This document shows positions 9,585 through 19,983 of a DNA stretch of 32,000 bases, piece by piece. This DNA is from Methanocaldococcus jannaschii DSM 2661 (GTDB lineage: Archaea; AGJL01; Methanococci; Methanococcales; Methanocaldococcaceae), in NCBI RefSeq assembly GCF_000091665.1, contig NC_000909.1:760712-792711 (forward strand), read 5' to 3'. The stretch's first letter is position 1. Each line of letters opens with the position of its first letter. Below the pieces are notes generated by a model, which made no database searches, had not been told where the DNA came from, and saw only the letters and a list, made by a program, of their open reading frames with translations. The position numbers and the translations under genes are program-made.

Positions 9585-10187
9585 ATGCCAGTAGGGAGAA
9601 GGGAACAAATTGTGGATTGTAGGTCAGTGATGGGTTTAGGAGAAGGGGGAGGATTAGCACAGAGAGGGACATTTGCAGAGGCATTAAAAAATGATGTGGT
9701 AGTTGTAGCGATGTCACCAGGAAGGAGGCATATAACAAAACCTGTCTGTGAGATAACTTATGGAATAAGGGAAGCAGGGATTCAAACAAGCGTTCTGGTT
9801 TTAAATGCTGGTTCAGGAATACCACATGATGCTCCGAGAGGAGCTCTGGGTTCAACCTTTGGTATCAAACCAGAAGAGGCAGAGCAAATAAATAGACATA
9901 AGCTCTGTGTTGTTCATTTCGGAAACGTTATCAGCCATATCGTCTATAAAGCGGGTCTCCTCCTAAAATACGTTGAAATTCCAACGATTATTGTCTGTCA
10001 AGCTCCTGTGGATATGGAAGACCTTGCTAAATATGGAATAAAGACAAGGGATGTCATGCCCTTAGAACCTAAGACCAAAGGGACAGTTGTAGATATCGTA
10101 ACTGGAGTAATTAGGGGAGAATCTTGTCCCCAAACTAAAATTGATGAGGTAATAAGAAAAATAAAACTTCATTTAAACCTAAATTGA
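9585..10187 (+). CDS. mcrC: Methyl-coenzyme M reductase operon protein C
   Basis: [32 protein letters not shown], operon position. Confidence 0.94.
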   Translation: MPVGRREQIVDCRSVMGLGEGGGLAQRGTFAEALKNDVVVVAMSPGRRHITKPVCEITYGIREAGIQTSVLVLNAGSGIPHDAPRGALGSTFGIKPEEAEQINRHKLCVVHFGNVISHIVYKAGLLLKYVEIPTIIVCQAPVDMEDLAKYGIKTRDVMPLEPKTKGTVVDIVTGVIRGESCPQTKIDEVIRKIKLHLNLN

Positions 10188-10196
10188 GGTGATTGT

Positions 10197-10979
10197 ATGG
10201 CATACAAGCCACAGTTCTACCCAGGTCAAACAAAAATTGCTCAAAATAGAAGAGACCACATGAATCCAGATGTTCAGTTAGAAAAGTTGAGAGACATTCC
10301 AGATGATGATGTTGTTAAGATAATGGGTCACAGACAGCCAGGAGAGGATTACAAAACAGTTCACCCACCATTAGAGGAGATGGATTTACCAGAAGACTAT
10401 GTAAGAGATTTAGTTGAGCCATTAAATGGAGCTAAAGAAGGTCACAGAATTAGATACATACAATTTACCGATTCAATGTACTTCGCTCCAGCTCAGCCAT
10501 ATGACAGAGCAAGAACTTACATGTGGAGATTTAGAGGAGTAGATACTGGAACATTATCCGGAAGACAAGTTATTGAGATGAGAGAGAGTGACTTAGAAGC
10601 ATTATCAAAGAACTTCTTAATTGATACAGCATTCTTTGACCCTGCAAGAATTGGTATTAGAGGAGCTACTGTCCACGGACACTCATTAAGATTGGATGAA
10701 AACGGTTTAATGTTCGATGCTCTCCAGAGATATGTTTATGATGAGAAAACAGGACACGTTTTATACGTTAAAGACCAGGTTGGAAGACCATTAGATGAGC
10801 CTGTAGATGTTGGAGAACCTTTACCAGAAGAGAAATTGAAAGAGATTACAACCATCTACAGAATTGATGGAGTCCCAATGAGAGAAGATGAAGAATTATT
10901 AACAGTTGTTAAGAGAATCCACAGAGCAAGAACCTTAGGAGGGTTCTTACCAGTAGAAGATGTTTTCGAGAAACTCTAA
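10197..10979 (+). CDS. mcrG: Methyl-coenzyme M reductase gamma subunit
   Basis: MAYKPQFYPGQTKIAQNRRDHMNPDVQLEKLRDIPDDDVVKIMGHR. Confidence 0.97.
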   Translation: MAYKPQFYPGQTKIAQNRRDHMNPDVQLEKLRDIPDDDVVKIMGHRQPGEDYKTVHPPLEEMDLPEDYVRDLVEPLNGAKEGHRIRYIQFTDSMYFAPAQPYDRARTYMWRFRGVDTGTLSGRQVIEMRESDLEALSKNFLIDTAFFDPARIGIRGATVHGHSLRLDENGLMFDALQRYVYDEKTGHVLYVKDQVGRPLDEPVDVGEPLPEEKLKEITTIYRIDGVPMREDEELLTVVKRIHRARTLGGFLPVEDVFEKL

Positions 10980-11110
10980 GATTTGGGCTTTGCCCATTTA
11001 ACCTTTATAACTTTCTCCCACTAAAACTACAAAAATAAATTATAAATCTCAAAAATATAACTTAGAAAAATAAAAAATAAAAATCAAAATTCCTCACAGA
11101 GGTGAGCCCG

Positions 11111-12772
11111 ATGGATGCTGAAAAAAGATTGTTCTTAAAGGCATTAAAGGAAAAGTTTGAAGAAGACCCAAGAGAAAAATACACTAAGTTCTATGTCTTT
11201 GGCGGATGGAGACAGTCAGCAAGAAAAAGAGAATTCGTTGAGGCAGCACAAAAATTAATTGAGAAGAGAGGAGGAATTCCATTTTACAACCCAGATATTG
11301 GAGTTCCATTGGGGCAGAGAAAATTAATGCCTTACAAAGTTTCAAATACAGATGCAATTGTTGAAGGGGATGACTTACACTTCATGAACAACGCTGCAAT
11401 GCAGCAGTTCTGGGATGACATAAGAAGAACAGTTATCGTTGGGATGGATACAGCTCACGCTGTTCTTGAAAAGAGATTGGGGGTAGAGGTTACTCCAGAA
11501 ACAATTAATGAATACATGGAAACTATTAACCACGCTCTCCCAGGAGGAGCAGTTGTTCAGGAGCACATGGTTGAGGTCCACCCAGCATTAGTCTGGGACT
11601 GTTACGCTAAGATATTCACTGGAGATGACGAATTAGCAGATGAGATTGACAAGAGGTTCTTAATTGACATTAACAAGTTGTTCCCAGAAGAGCAGGCAGA
11701 ACAAATCAAGAAGGCAATCGGTAAGAGAACATACCAAGTTTCAAGAGTTCCAACATTAGTCGGTAGAGTTTGTGATGGGGGAACAATAGCAAGATGGAGT
11801 GCTATGCAGATTGGAATGTCATTCATTACAGCTTACAAGCTCTGTGCTGGGGAGGCAGCAATTGCTGACTTCTCATACGCTGCAAAGCACGCTGATGTCA
11901 TTCAGATGGCTTCATTCTTGCCAGCAAGAAGAGCAAGAGGGCCAAATGAACCAGGAGGTATCTTCTTCGGAGTCTTGGCAGATATTGTTCAAACATCAAG
12001 AGTTTCAGATGACCCAGTTGAACAGTCATTAGAGGTTGTTGCTGCTGGGGCTATGTTGTATGACCAAATCTGGTTAGGAGGATACATGTCTGGAGGAGTC
12101 GGATTTACACAGTATGCTACAGCAACCTATACAGATGACATCTTGGATGACTTCTCATACTACGGATATGACTACATAACCAAGAAATATGGAGGATGCA
12201 ACAGCGTAAAACCAACAATGGATGTTGTTGAAGATATTGCTACTGAAGTAACTTTATATGGTTTAGAGCAGTATGACACCTTCCCAGCATTGTTAGAAGA
12301 CCACTTCGGAGGTTCCCAAAGAGCAGGGGTTACAGCTGCTGCAGCAGGTATTACAACTGCATTAGCTACAGGAAACTCAAACGCTGGAGTTAACGGATGG
12401 TATCTAAGCCAGATATTGCACAAAGAATACCACAGCAGATTAGGATTCTATGGTTATGACTTACAAGACCAGTGTGGAGCAGCCAACTCATTATCATTCA
12501 GAAACGATGAAGGTTCCCCATTAGAATTGAGAGGGCCTAACTATCCAAACTACGCAATGAACGTTGGTCACCAAGGAGAATATGCTGGAATTACACAGGC
12601 TGCACACTCAGCAAGAGGAGACGCATTTGCATTGAACCCATTAATTAAGGTTGCATTTGCAGACCCATCATTAGTCTTTGACTTCACACATCCAAGAAAA
12701 GAGTTTGCAAGAGGTGCTTTAAGAGAATTCGAGCCAGCTGGAGAAAGAGATCCAATCATCCCAGCTCACTAA
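11111..12772 (+). CDS. mcrA: Methyl-coenzyme M reductase alpha subunit
   Basis: [16 protein letters not shown]..., [43 protein letters not shown]; ATG 11111 after GAGGTGA preferred over GTG 11102. Confidence 0.98.
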   Translation: MDAEKRLFLKALKEKFEEDPREKYTKFYVFGGWRQSARKREFVEAAQKLIEKRGGIPFYNPDIGVPLGQRKLMPYKVSNTDAIVEGDDLHFMNNAAMQQFWDDIRRTVIVGMDTAHAVLEKRLGVEVTPETINEYMETINHALPGGAVVQEHMVEVHPALVWDCYAKIFTGDDELADEIDKRFLIDINKLFPEEQAEQIKKAIGKRTYQVSRVPTLVGRVCDGGTIARWSAMQIGMSFITAYKLCAGEAAIADFSYAAKHADVIQMASFLPARRARGPNEPGGIFFGVLADIVQTSRVSDDPVEQSLEVVAAGAMLYDQIWLGGYMSGGVGFTQYATATYTDDILDDFSYYGYDYITKKYGGCNSVKPTMDVVEDIATEVTLYGLEQYDTFPALLEDHFGGSQRAGVTAAAAGITTALATGNSNAGVNGWYLSQILHKEYHSRLGFYGYDLQDQCGAANSLSFRNDEGSPLELRGPNYPNYAMNVGHQGEYAGITQAAHSARGDAFALNPLIKVAFADPSLVFDFTHPRKEFARGALREFEPAGERDPIIPAH

Positions 12773-12940
12773 ATTCTAAATTTTTTAATTTTTTATTATG
12801 TTGATATTGTTAAGCATATTAAAACGTAAAATACAAAAACTTAAATTCTGACATTGTTTTTAATATTCTGGATGGATTCCTATAACTAAAAAAAAGTTAA
12901 ATAAAAATTAAGTGAATTTTAACAGAATCAAATAGAAAAC

Positions 12941-12950
12941 CTTATATATT
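12941..12950 (+). promoter_or_regulatory. Candidate TATA box of mtr operon
   Basis: CTTATATATT about 45 nt upstream of mtrE ATG. Confidence 0.5.
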
Positions 12951-12991
12951 AACCTAATAAAACTAAGTCTTATGTAAAATGAGGTGATAGG

Positions 12992-13903
12992 ATGGATGCA
13001 ACACTGATAGCCCTTGGGGCTTTAGCGTTGAGTGGTGCATTGGCAACAGTTGCTGGATGTGCAGAAGATTTGGAATCTGATGTAGGGTCTCAGTCAAACC
13101 CAAACTCACAGGTTCAGTTAGCTCCACAGATGGGGAATATACACAGATACTTTAACAAGGCTATATCTGGGGAGCCAGTTTCTTATGGTTTGTATGTTGC
13201 AGTTGCGGGGACAGTTGCTTATGCTATTATGCAAATGGGATTAAACCCAATTTTAGCGTTAATTTTAGGAGCAGGAGTAGCTGCTTTTGTTCATGGGGCT
13301 TATGCTATTTCAGCATATTTAGGTAGAATTGTGGGTCAATCAAAGAACTTTGGTCAGCCAGTTTATTGGGATGTTGTAATGAGCCATCTTGGCCCAATTG
13401 TTGGACATGGTTTTATTGCAGTCTTTTGTATGGTTTTAATGGCTTATTTAGCTAACACTATATTAGGAAACCCATTCCCACTGCCATTGATTGCATTGAT
13501 ATTTGGGATTACTGTTGGTGCAATTGGTTCATCAACTGGAGACGTTCATTATGGTGCTGAAAGAGAATATCAAAAATATCCATTTGGAGGAGGAGTTCCA
13601 GTTGCTAACCATGGAGATATTGACATTAAAGCAGAATATGGTTTAAGAAACGGTATGGACTCCTCATACTTCTGTTCAAGATTAGGAGGAGTTTTAACTG
13701 GTTTATGCTTTGGTTTAATTGTATTTTTAGATGGTTGGAGAGGTGTTTTGGGAGATATATTAAAAGGAGGTCAGGGAGGAAGTGTAATAACTGCTTCAAT
13801 AATATCAATTGTTATTGGTTTGATAATCGTAGCTATATTGGCAATAATAAATAGAAAGGTTGAGGTCTTTGCAAGAAATAAGTATGGACCATACACAAAA
13901 TAA
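12992..13903 (+). CDS. mtrE: Tetrahydromethanopterin S-methyltransferase subunit E
   Basis: MDATLIALGALALSGALATVAGCAEDLESDVGSQSNPNSQVQLAPQMGNIHRYFNKA. Confidence 0.96.
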   Translation: MDATLIALGALALSGALATVAGCAEDLESDVGSQSNPNSQVQLAPQMGNIHRYFNKAISGEPVSYGLYVAVAGTVAYAIMQMGLNPILALILGAGVAAFVHGAYAISAYLGRIVGQSKNFGQPVYWDVVMSHLGPIVGHGFIAVFCMVLMAYLANTILGNPFPLPLIALIFGITVGAIGSSTGDVHYGAEREYQKYPFGGGVPVANHGDIDIKAEYGLRNGMDSSYFCSRLGGVLTGLCFGLIVFLDGWRGVLGDILKGGQGGSVITASIISIVIGLIIVAILAIINRKVEVFARNKYGPYTK

Positions 13904-13916
13904 AAGGTGATAATGT

Positions 13917-14609
13917 ATGGATATTGTTAGCGCAATTGTTCCATTAATTGAGATGACTATTGCAGGGGCAATAATTAATGCAAGTGTTCATTTTATCCCT
14001 GTTGGAGGGGCTCCAGCGGCTATGGCGACCTCAACAGGGGTTGGAACAGGAACAACACAGTTGGCAGCAGGGGCAGGTTTTACTGGATTGATGGGTGCTG
14101 CAGTAATGGCATCAAATGTAGGTTTATCACCTATTGGAATGGCATTGATTATGATCTCTGGAGCTGTAAGTTCAATGATTATGCTCGGAGTAACGATGTT
14201 AATTGGGCAATTAATTTATGTATTTGGAGTTGGGGTTGTTCCAGCTGCAGATAAGTGTGAAATTGATCCTATAACTAAAGATCCACAAAAACCTTATGTT
14301 ACTCCAGGGACTACAGGACATGGAGTTCCAACTGTTTGTTTTGTTAGTGGTTTAATAGGAGCGGCTTTAGGAGGAATTGGTGGAGCTTTAGCATACATTG
14401 CTTTAAGAAAACTCGGTTTAGATCCAGGAGTTGCAGGGATGTTAGCAGTTGGTTTCTTCTTTATCAATGCGGTTTTAGCATCATATAACATTGGAGGGAC
14501 TATTGAAGGATTCCACGACCCAAAATTCAAGAAAATGCCTAATGGAGTTATTGCATCAACAGTAGCTTCATTATTGTTTGGTATAATTTCAGTATTGATG
14601 GTTTTATAA
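13917..14609 (+). CDS. mtrD: Tetrahydromethanopterin S-methyltransferase subunit D
   Basis: Membrane protein with [29 protein letters not shown], operon position. Confidence 0.95.
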   Translation: MDIVSAIVPLIEMTIAGAIINASVHFIPVGGAPAAMATSTGVGTGTTQLAAGAGFTGLMGAAVMASNVGLSPIGMALIMISGAVSSMIMLGVTMLIGQLIYVFGVGVVPAADKCEIDPITKDPQKPYVTPGTTGHGVPTVCFVSGLIGAALGGIGGALAYIALRKLGLDPGVAGMLAVGFFFINAVLASYNIGGTIEGFHDPKFKKMPNGVIASTVASLLFGIISVLMVL

Positions 14610-14638
14610 ATTTAACAATATAGAATGGGTGATTAATT

Positions 14639-15436
14639 ATGTCACATGGTGGAGGAGGTCATGCAGCTGAACTTTATCCTGAAGAGCAAATATTTGCTGT
14701 AGGTATTGCTTTATCATTGGTTGGATGCTATTTAGCAAACTTTTTGTCACCTTATGGATTGGGAATGTTAATTGGCGGTTTATTGGCATCTGCAGCATGT
14801 GTTGCTGGAGCAAATACTGTTAGGAAAGTAGCTGCTTACGGTCTTGGAACAGGAGTTCCGTCCATTGGTATGGTAAGTTTAGGTATGGGAACATTGGCGG
14901 CAGTTGCAGGTGTTTTAATTCCTGATTACTTCAATCTTCCTTATTTGGTAGCTCCAATTATAACATTGATAGTTTCAGCAGTTATTGGATATATCGTTGG
15001 AAGATTAACAGTAAATCCAGTAGGTATGAAGATTCCAATTATGGTTAGAAGTATGACATTTTTATCAATTGCAGGAGCCATGGCTTTATTAGGATTTACT
15101 GTTGCCTATGTGGGTAGTTTAGAACCACAAAAATACATTGATTATGCATTAAATAATGGTATGATGGCCTTGGCATTTATTGCTGCGGGTATGGCAATAT
15201 TACATCCATTTAACGCATGTTTGGGTCCAAATGAAAGCCATAAGAGAACATTAACATTAGCAGTTGCTTGTGGTTTTATAACATGGTTTGTATTCTCAGT
15301 AGTTAAATTAGATATAGTATCTATAATTGTTTCAATAATATTATGGGCAATTGTCTATGTGAAGTTTGTTAAGATGTCATTTAAAGATGCCTGTGCAGTT
15401 CTTCACGTTCCAGAGATTCCTAAGAAGGAGGAATAA
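14639..15436 (+). CDS. mtrC: Tetrahydromethanopterin S-methyltransferase subunit C
   Basis: [35 protein letters not shown], operon position. Confidence 0.95.
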   Translation: MSHGGGGHAAELYPEEQIFAVGIALSLVGCYLANFLSPYGLGMLIGGLLASAACVAGANTVRKVAAYGLGTGVPSIGMVSLGMGTLAAVAGVLIPDYFNLPYLVAPIITLIVSAVIGYIVGRLTVNPVGMKIPIMVRSMTFLSIAGAMALLGFTVAYVGSLEPQKYIDYALNNGMMALAFIAAGMAILHPFNACLGPNESHKRTLTLAVACGFITWFVFSVVKLDIVSIIVSIILWAIVYVKFVKMSFKDACAVLHVPEIPKKEE

Positions 15437-15445
15437 GGTGATAAT

Positions 15446-15757
15446 ATGGCAACTTATGTATTTATAGACCAGAATATTCCTTTAGTATATACTGTTGAAA
15501 CAGGAGTAATTACAAAAGGATTTGGAGATTTGTTATTTGTTGATGTTTCTCCAATAGAAGAACAAATTAAAAAATTGGAAACATTGGTAGATGCATATGA
15601 GCATTCTTTAGATCCAAGGTATCCACCATTAAACTCATTCCCAAATAGAGATGGCGTCTATGCAATATCAGGATACTTTAAGAGTGCATTCTTTGGATTT
15701 TGGATAGGTCTTGGGATAATGGCACTGTTGGCGATAATATTGGGAGTGAAATTCTAA
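15446..15757 (+). CDS. mtrB: Tetrahydromethanopterin S-methyltransferase subunit B
   Basis: Small protein with C-terminal TM, operon position. Confidence 0.93.
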   Translation: MATYVFIDQNIPLVYTVETGVITKGFGDLLFVDVSPIEEQIKKLETLVDAYEHSLDPRYPPLNSFPNRDGVYAISGYFKSAFFGFWIGLGIMALLAIILGVKF

Positions 15758-15788
15758 AAATCTCTTAAAAATTTTTATGGTGATGTCT

Positions 15789-16514
15789 ATGGCAAATAAA
15801 AGAGAACCAGCACCAGGATGGCCAATTGTCTCTGGTGAATATGTTGTTGGAAATCCGGAAAGTTGTGTTGGAGTTGTAACTTTAGGTTCTCACGGTTTGG
15901 AGCAAGCATGTATCGATGCAGGGGCTGCTATAGCAGGACCTTGCCACACAGAAAACTTGGGTATTGAAAAGGTTGTAGCAAACTATATATCAAACCCAAA
16001 CATTAGGTTTATGATTCTCTGTGGTTCAGAAGTCCAAGGGCATATAACTGGACAGTGTTTTAAAGCATTATGGGAAAATGGCATTGGAGACGATGGAGGT
16101 ATTATTGGAGCTAAAGGGGCCATACCATTCTTAGAGAACGTGAATAAAGAAGCAGTTGAAAGATTTAGAAGGCAGATAGTTGAAGTTGTTGATTTAATTG
16201 ACTGTGAAGATATTGGTAAAATAACACAAGCAATAAAAGAGTGTTTAAGTAAAGACCCAGGAGCTATTGACGAAGACCCATTTATAATTGAGTTAGAAGG
16301 AGGAAAAGGAGGAGGAGAAGAGGAAGAGGGTGTTATAAAACCAATAACACCAGAAATGGCAATAATTGAGAGTAGAATGAGATTAATTGGAAATGAAATG
16401 TGCTATAATGGATTGTTAGCAAAGTGGCAGGCAGGATATTATAATGGTAAGATTCAAGGAATTGCCACTGGTTTGTTCTTAATGCTACTAATTATGGGAA
16501 TCTTAATGTTCTAA
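15789..16514 (+). CDS. mtrA: Tetrahydromethanopterin S-methyltransferase subunit A (corrinoid)
   Basis: [39 protein letters not shown]...[15 protein letters not shown]-terminal TM; ATG 15789 after GGTGATG. Confidence 0.96.
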   Translation: MANKREPAPGWPIVSGEYVVGNPESCVGVVTLGSHGLEQACIDAGAAIAGPCHTENLGIEKVVANYISNPNIRFMILCGSEVQGHITGQCFKALWENGIGDDGGIIGAKGAIPFLENVNKEAVERFRRQIVEVVDLIDCEDIGKITQAIKECLSKDPGAIDEDPFIIELEGGKGGGEEEEGVIKPITPEMAIIESRMRLIGNEMCYNGLLAKWQAGYYNGKIQGIATGLFLMLLIMGILMF

Positions 16515-16531
16515 TTGTATAAGGTGAGAAA

Positions 16532-16738
16532 ATGGGTGTTGAAGTTTCAAACAAACCTAATGTTTCATCAATACAGAGTTATGTAGAGGATTTAGAATAT
16601 AAAGTTGGATTAATAACGAGAAATAGAGGTTTAGAGAGTGGAACCGAATCTGCTGGAACAAAAGGATTAATAATTGGAGTAGTTTCAGCCATAGTGTTAA
16701 TGGGTATTCCTTTGGCGCTGTATTTCTTAATGAAATAA
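16532..16738 (+). CDS. mtrF: Tetrahydromethanopterin S-methyltransferase subunit F
   Basis: 68 aa, single C-terminal TM, position after mtrA. Confidence 0.9.
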
Positions 16739-16758
16739 GATTTTTTGGGGTGAATTAA

Positions 16759-17013
16759 ATGTCCGAAGACGAAAAGTTGCCACAAGTAATAATGGACCCT
16801 GCAGATTATGAGGCATTAAAAAAGAGGTTAGATGAATTAGAAAAAAAGGTAGAAAACACAAATGCTGAACTCTTCCAACTGGCTGGAAAAAAAGTTGGGA
16901 GGGATATTGGAATATTATATGGTTTAGTTATAGGGATAATACTTTCCTACATACTGCCAGCATTAATCAAAATCATACAAATATTGAGTTTAAAAGTACT
17001 TGTTCAACAATAA
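16759..17013 (+). CDS. mtrG: Tetrahydromethanopterin S-methyltransferase subunit G
   Basis: DPADYEALKKRLDELEKKVENTNAELFQ...C-terminal TM. Confidence 0.93.
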   Translation: MSEDEKLPQVIMDPADYEALKKRLDELEKKVENTNAELFQLAGKKVGRDIGILYGLVIGIILSYILPALIKIIQILSLKVLVQQ

Positions 17014-17041
17014 ATATATAAAAATTATGAGGTGGGAAATT

Positions 17042-18001
17042 ATGTTTAAGTTTGACAGAGAGCAAATGGTCGTTGAAATTGCGGGGAGAAAAATTGGAGG
17101 TCAGCCAGGAGAGTATCCTACAGCTTTAGCAGGGACTATATTCTATGCAAGACACAAAATTGTTGAAGATGAGAGAAAAGGTATCTTTGACAAAGCAGCG
17201 GCAGAGGATTTAATTAACAAACAGGCAGAGATGGAAGACATTACTGGAAACCCAGCGTTAGTTCAGGTATTTGGAGGAACCCCAGAGGCGTTAGTTAATT
17301 ATATTGACTTTGTTGCTGAGGTTTGGGATGGTCCAATGTTATTGGACTCTACATCAGGAGAAGCAAGAATGGCTGCTGCAAAGAGAGCTACTGAAGCTGG
17401 ATATGCTAAGCAGTGTATTTATAACTCTATTAACGTTTCTATTGATGAGCAAGAATATCAGGTTTTAGTTGAAAGTGATTTGGAAGCATCAATTGTTTTA
17501 TGTTTCGACCCAATGGACCCAACTGTTGAAGGAAAGATAAATGTCTTAACAAATGGTGGGAAAACAGCAGATAAGGGGATGTTAGAACTCGCTGAAAAAG
17601 CAGGTATTAAGTATCCTTTAATCGATACAGCAGTTACACCATTAGGTAACGGAGCAGGAGCTGCTGTTAGAGCATCATTTGCTGTTAAAGCACTATTTGG
17701 ATATCCAGTAGGGAGTGGTATTCACAACATTCCATCAGCATGGGACTGGTTAAGAGAGTTTAGAAAACAGTTAAGAGAAGCTGGAGAAAGAGAAAAAGCA
17801 AAAGATATTCACCACGTTTGTGATGTTGGAGCAAACTTAGTCCAAGTTATGGCGTCAGGAGACTTTGTCCTTTATGGCCCAATTGACAATGCATATATGA
17901 CATTCCCAGCAGTAGCTATGGTTGATGCAATTATTGCAGAGGCAGCAAAAGAATTAGGAATTGAACCAATAGATACACATCCATTCAAGAAATTGGTCTA
18001 A
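17042..18001 (+). CDS. mtrH: Tetrahydromethanopterin S-methyltransferase subunit H
   Basis: MFKFDREQMVVEIAGRKIGGQPGEYPTALAGTIFYARHKIVEDE; ATG 17042 after GAGGTGGGA preferred over track start 17000. Confidence 0.97.
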   Translation: MFKFDREQMVVEIAGRKIGGQPGEYPTALAGTIFYARHKIVEDERKGIFDKAAAEDLINKQAEMEDITGNPALVQVFGGTPEALVNYIDFVAEVWDGPMLLDSTSGEARMAAAKRATEAGYAKQCIYNSINVSIDEQEYQVLVESDLEASIVLCFDPMDPTVEGKINVLTNGGKTADKGMLELAEKAGIKYPLIDTAVTPLGNGAGAAVRASFAVKALFGYPVGSGIHNIPSAWDWLREFRKQLREAGEREKAKDIHHVCDVGANLVQVMASGDFVLYGPIDNAYMTFPAVAMVDAIIAEAAKELGIEPIDTHPFKKLV

Positions 18002-18479
18002 TAAAATAAAAAATAAATAGTCTCTATTATTCTATTTTATTACTTTTTATAGTTTTGTAATTTTGATTCTTTTTAGAGTAATAGTATATAATTAGTGATA
18101 GTTATTTTCCTTGAAAGTGAATTAAAAATGCTATTATCAATTTTAAACATGTGACTTATAATATTACTTTTTTTATAGAAAATTGAAAAATTATTTATAA
18201 GGCTTCCAACAAACTAAGTTTTGAATAGTATATACAATACAGGACTTCGTAGTCTATATATTAACTGTTGGAATTTAGATTATATTAAGAGGTATCAATC
18301 CCTTTAAAGATTTATTCCTGTGGAGTTCTATAATATTTAGAATCATTGTTAAACGTAGTTGGAATTATGGTAAAATATAATATATACAAAATATGGGGTA
18401 TTTATTTTTGTAAATATTAATTAATTTTTTTATTTTACTTGTGGGTAGATTGTAGAGAATAGAGGTATGTGTGGTTTAA

Positions 18480-19166
18480 ATGACAAATGCGATGAAGATT
18501 ATTGAAATGTTGAGGATTATTGACAACAGAGCAAAATTTATGGGTATTAAACTAACTATGATGAAAAATTTATTAGAAAAATACAAAGATAATAAGGAAT
18601 TGCTAAAAGAAGTTTTGAAATTAACAGAAGGGACACGGCTACATGAACTTATATTGGAGGCATATCCACCTTTAGAGGAATTAAAAAAAGAAATTAGGGA
18701 GGAAGAGCATAAGATTAAAATTACTTCTGAAAGTGGGGGAGAAGAGAAAAAAGAATTCTGTACTTTTGAAGGTCCTGTATCTCTCATCGCATATATAAAA
18801 GAATATTTGAGGAAATATTATTTAGGAAATAATGTAAAAAGAATTTTTTATGATATTGGTAAAGATTACGCGATTAAATTAGGAATTAACACCTATGATG
18901 ATATGATTACATTCATGAAAAAAGATTTTGGAGAAGTGGTTATTGAAAAATCGGAACCTTTAACAGTTGTAGTTAAAGATAATAAAGAGTGTAAAAACTG
19001 TAAAGCGTCGGAACCGATATGTTATCTAACAGCAGGGTTTATAGCTGGCTGTTTAGAAAATATGACTAACAAAACATATATTGTGGAAGTTACAGAGGAA
19101 AAATGTCAAGCTGTTGGAGACCCTTATTGTACATTTGTTGCAAAAAAATCAATAAGATTGGACTAA
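18480..19166 (+). CDS. V4R-domain (4-vinyl reductase-like) protein
   Basis: C-terminal CKASEPICYLTAGFIAGCLENMTNKTYIVEVTEEKCQAVGDPYCTFVAK is V4R-like. Confidence 0.75.
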   Translation: MTNAMKIIEMLRIIDNRAKFMGIKLTMMKNLLEKYKDNKELLKEVLKLTEGTRLHELILEAYPPLEELKKEIREEEHKIKITSESGGEEKKEFCTFEGPVSLIAYIKEYLRKYYLGNNVKRIFYDIGKDYAIKLGINTYDDMITFMKKDFGEVVIEKSEPLTVVVKDNKECKNCKASEPICYLTAGFIAGCLENMTNKTYIVEVTEEKCQAVGDPYCTFVAKKSIRLD

Positions 19167-19280
19167 TTCTTTTTTGTAATATTTATGAGACTTTTCGCAG
19201 TTTGGGATTAATAAGGAATTTAGATGCTTTAGATATCATTAATTAACTGAATGCACTTATATTCATGTAAAACTAATATA

Positions 19281-19826
19281 TTAATCTTCTTTCCACATAA
19301 AAGCAAAATCTTTTAATGCTCTTTTTACCCTATCTATATTTCCTTCAATGATTACTTTATCTTTCTCATCACTGTATTCAAATATAACCCCATGCCATTC
19401 TCCTAAGTCACTCAATCTCTCAATCTGCATCTCTTTTTGTAACTTTACCCTTATTGCTTCTACTTTTCCTCTTTTTTTAACTTCCCTATTGTAGTTGCTT
19501 TTACTCACTGGGAATTTAGCATTAATCTCTCCTCTAATAGCTTTTATCATCCTATCTAAGTATTTTTCAGTCAGTTCAGTATCACATAAGCTAAAGAGTT
19601 GTGATTGAACATAATTCAGTTCTCTTTCAACATTTGCCAATATATTTATGGATGCATGAGGGTCTAAAATGTAATAAGAAAGGAGAGCGTTGGCTAATCT
19701 AAGCTTCTCAAAAACAATTTCAGGAACTTTAATCCCCCTATTAACCAACTCAGCTGATAACTCAGATAATACAACCCACTGTTTATCTAAGTTTCTTGCA
19801 TCCTTCATTCCGTTCCCCATTTCCAT
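19281..19826 (-). CDS. Conserved archaeal protein (DUF2096-like); true start may be ATG at 19808
   Basis: Continuous ORF ...MKDARNLDKQWVVLSELSAELVNRGIKVPEIVFEKLRLANALLSYY; first 6 residues come from the inverted-repeat DNA next to the tnpB element. Confidence 0.6.
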   Translation of the reverse strand: MEMGNGMKDARNLDKQWVVLSELSAELVNRGIKVPEIVFEKLRLANALLSYYILDPHASINILANVERELNYVQSQLFSLCDTELTEKYLDRMIKAIRGEINAKFPVSKSNYNREVKKRGKVEAIRVKLQKEMQIERLSDLGEWHGVIFEYSDEKDKVIIEGNIDRVKRALKDFAFMWKED

Positions 19827-19898
19827 AGCTTACCATAGCATTTAATAACTTATCATATAATAACTTATCGTATCTAATCGGTAAGCTATGGAAACGGG
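19816..19898. repeat. Imperfect inverted repeat (18/19) flanking 45 nt, at the tnpB element 3' boundary
   Basis: CCCATTTCCATAGCTTACC (19816-19834) vs GGTAAGCTATGGAAACGGG (19880-19898). Confidence 0.85.
19844..19873. repeat. Tandem 15-nt direct repeat inside the loop of the inverted repeat
   Basis: AATAACTTATCATAT / AATAACTTATCGTAT, 14/15 identical. Confidence 0.8.
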
Positions 19899-19983
19899 TT
19901 GTCCTCAACCCATAGCTTCATCGGGAAACACCGTTCCCTCTGCTATGGGTTCATTGGACTTAGGGCTGAACGGATACAGCCCC
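19896..19983 (-). ncRNA. Candidate omega-RNA/reRNA-like fold overlapping the tnpB 3' end
   Basis: Minus strand: GGGCTG..CAGCCC stem, AACCCATAGC..GCTATGGGTT 10-bp stem enclosing GGGAA..TTCCC, then GGGTTG-AGGA-CAACCC competing hairpin; TnpB guide RNAs are known to come from this position. Confidence 0.5.

Noticed and set aside
7600-9855. Minus-strand ORFs 7600-7836, 8308-8628, 8842-9069, 9053-9283, 9451-9855
   Set aside because: All antisense to mcrB, mcrD and mcrC. Highly expressed genes with strong codon bias often leave open antisense frames
11375-12759. ORFs inside mcrA (11375-11581, 11602-11826, 11799-12032, 12172-12423, 12568-12759)
   Set aside because: Shadow frames of the strongly supported mcrA
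13626-18787. ORFs 13626-13808 (+), 14294-14530 (-), 16579-16785 (-), 18476-18787 (-)
   Set aside because: Overlap mtr or V4R genes; no independent support
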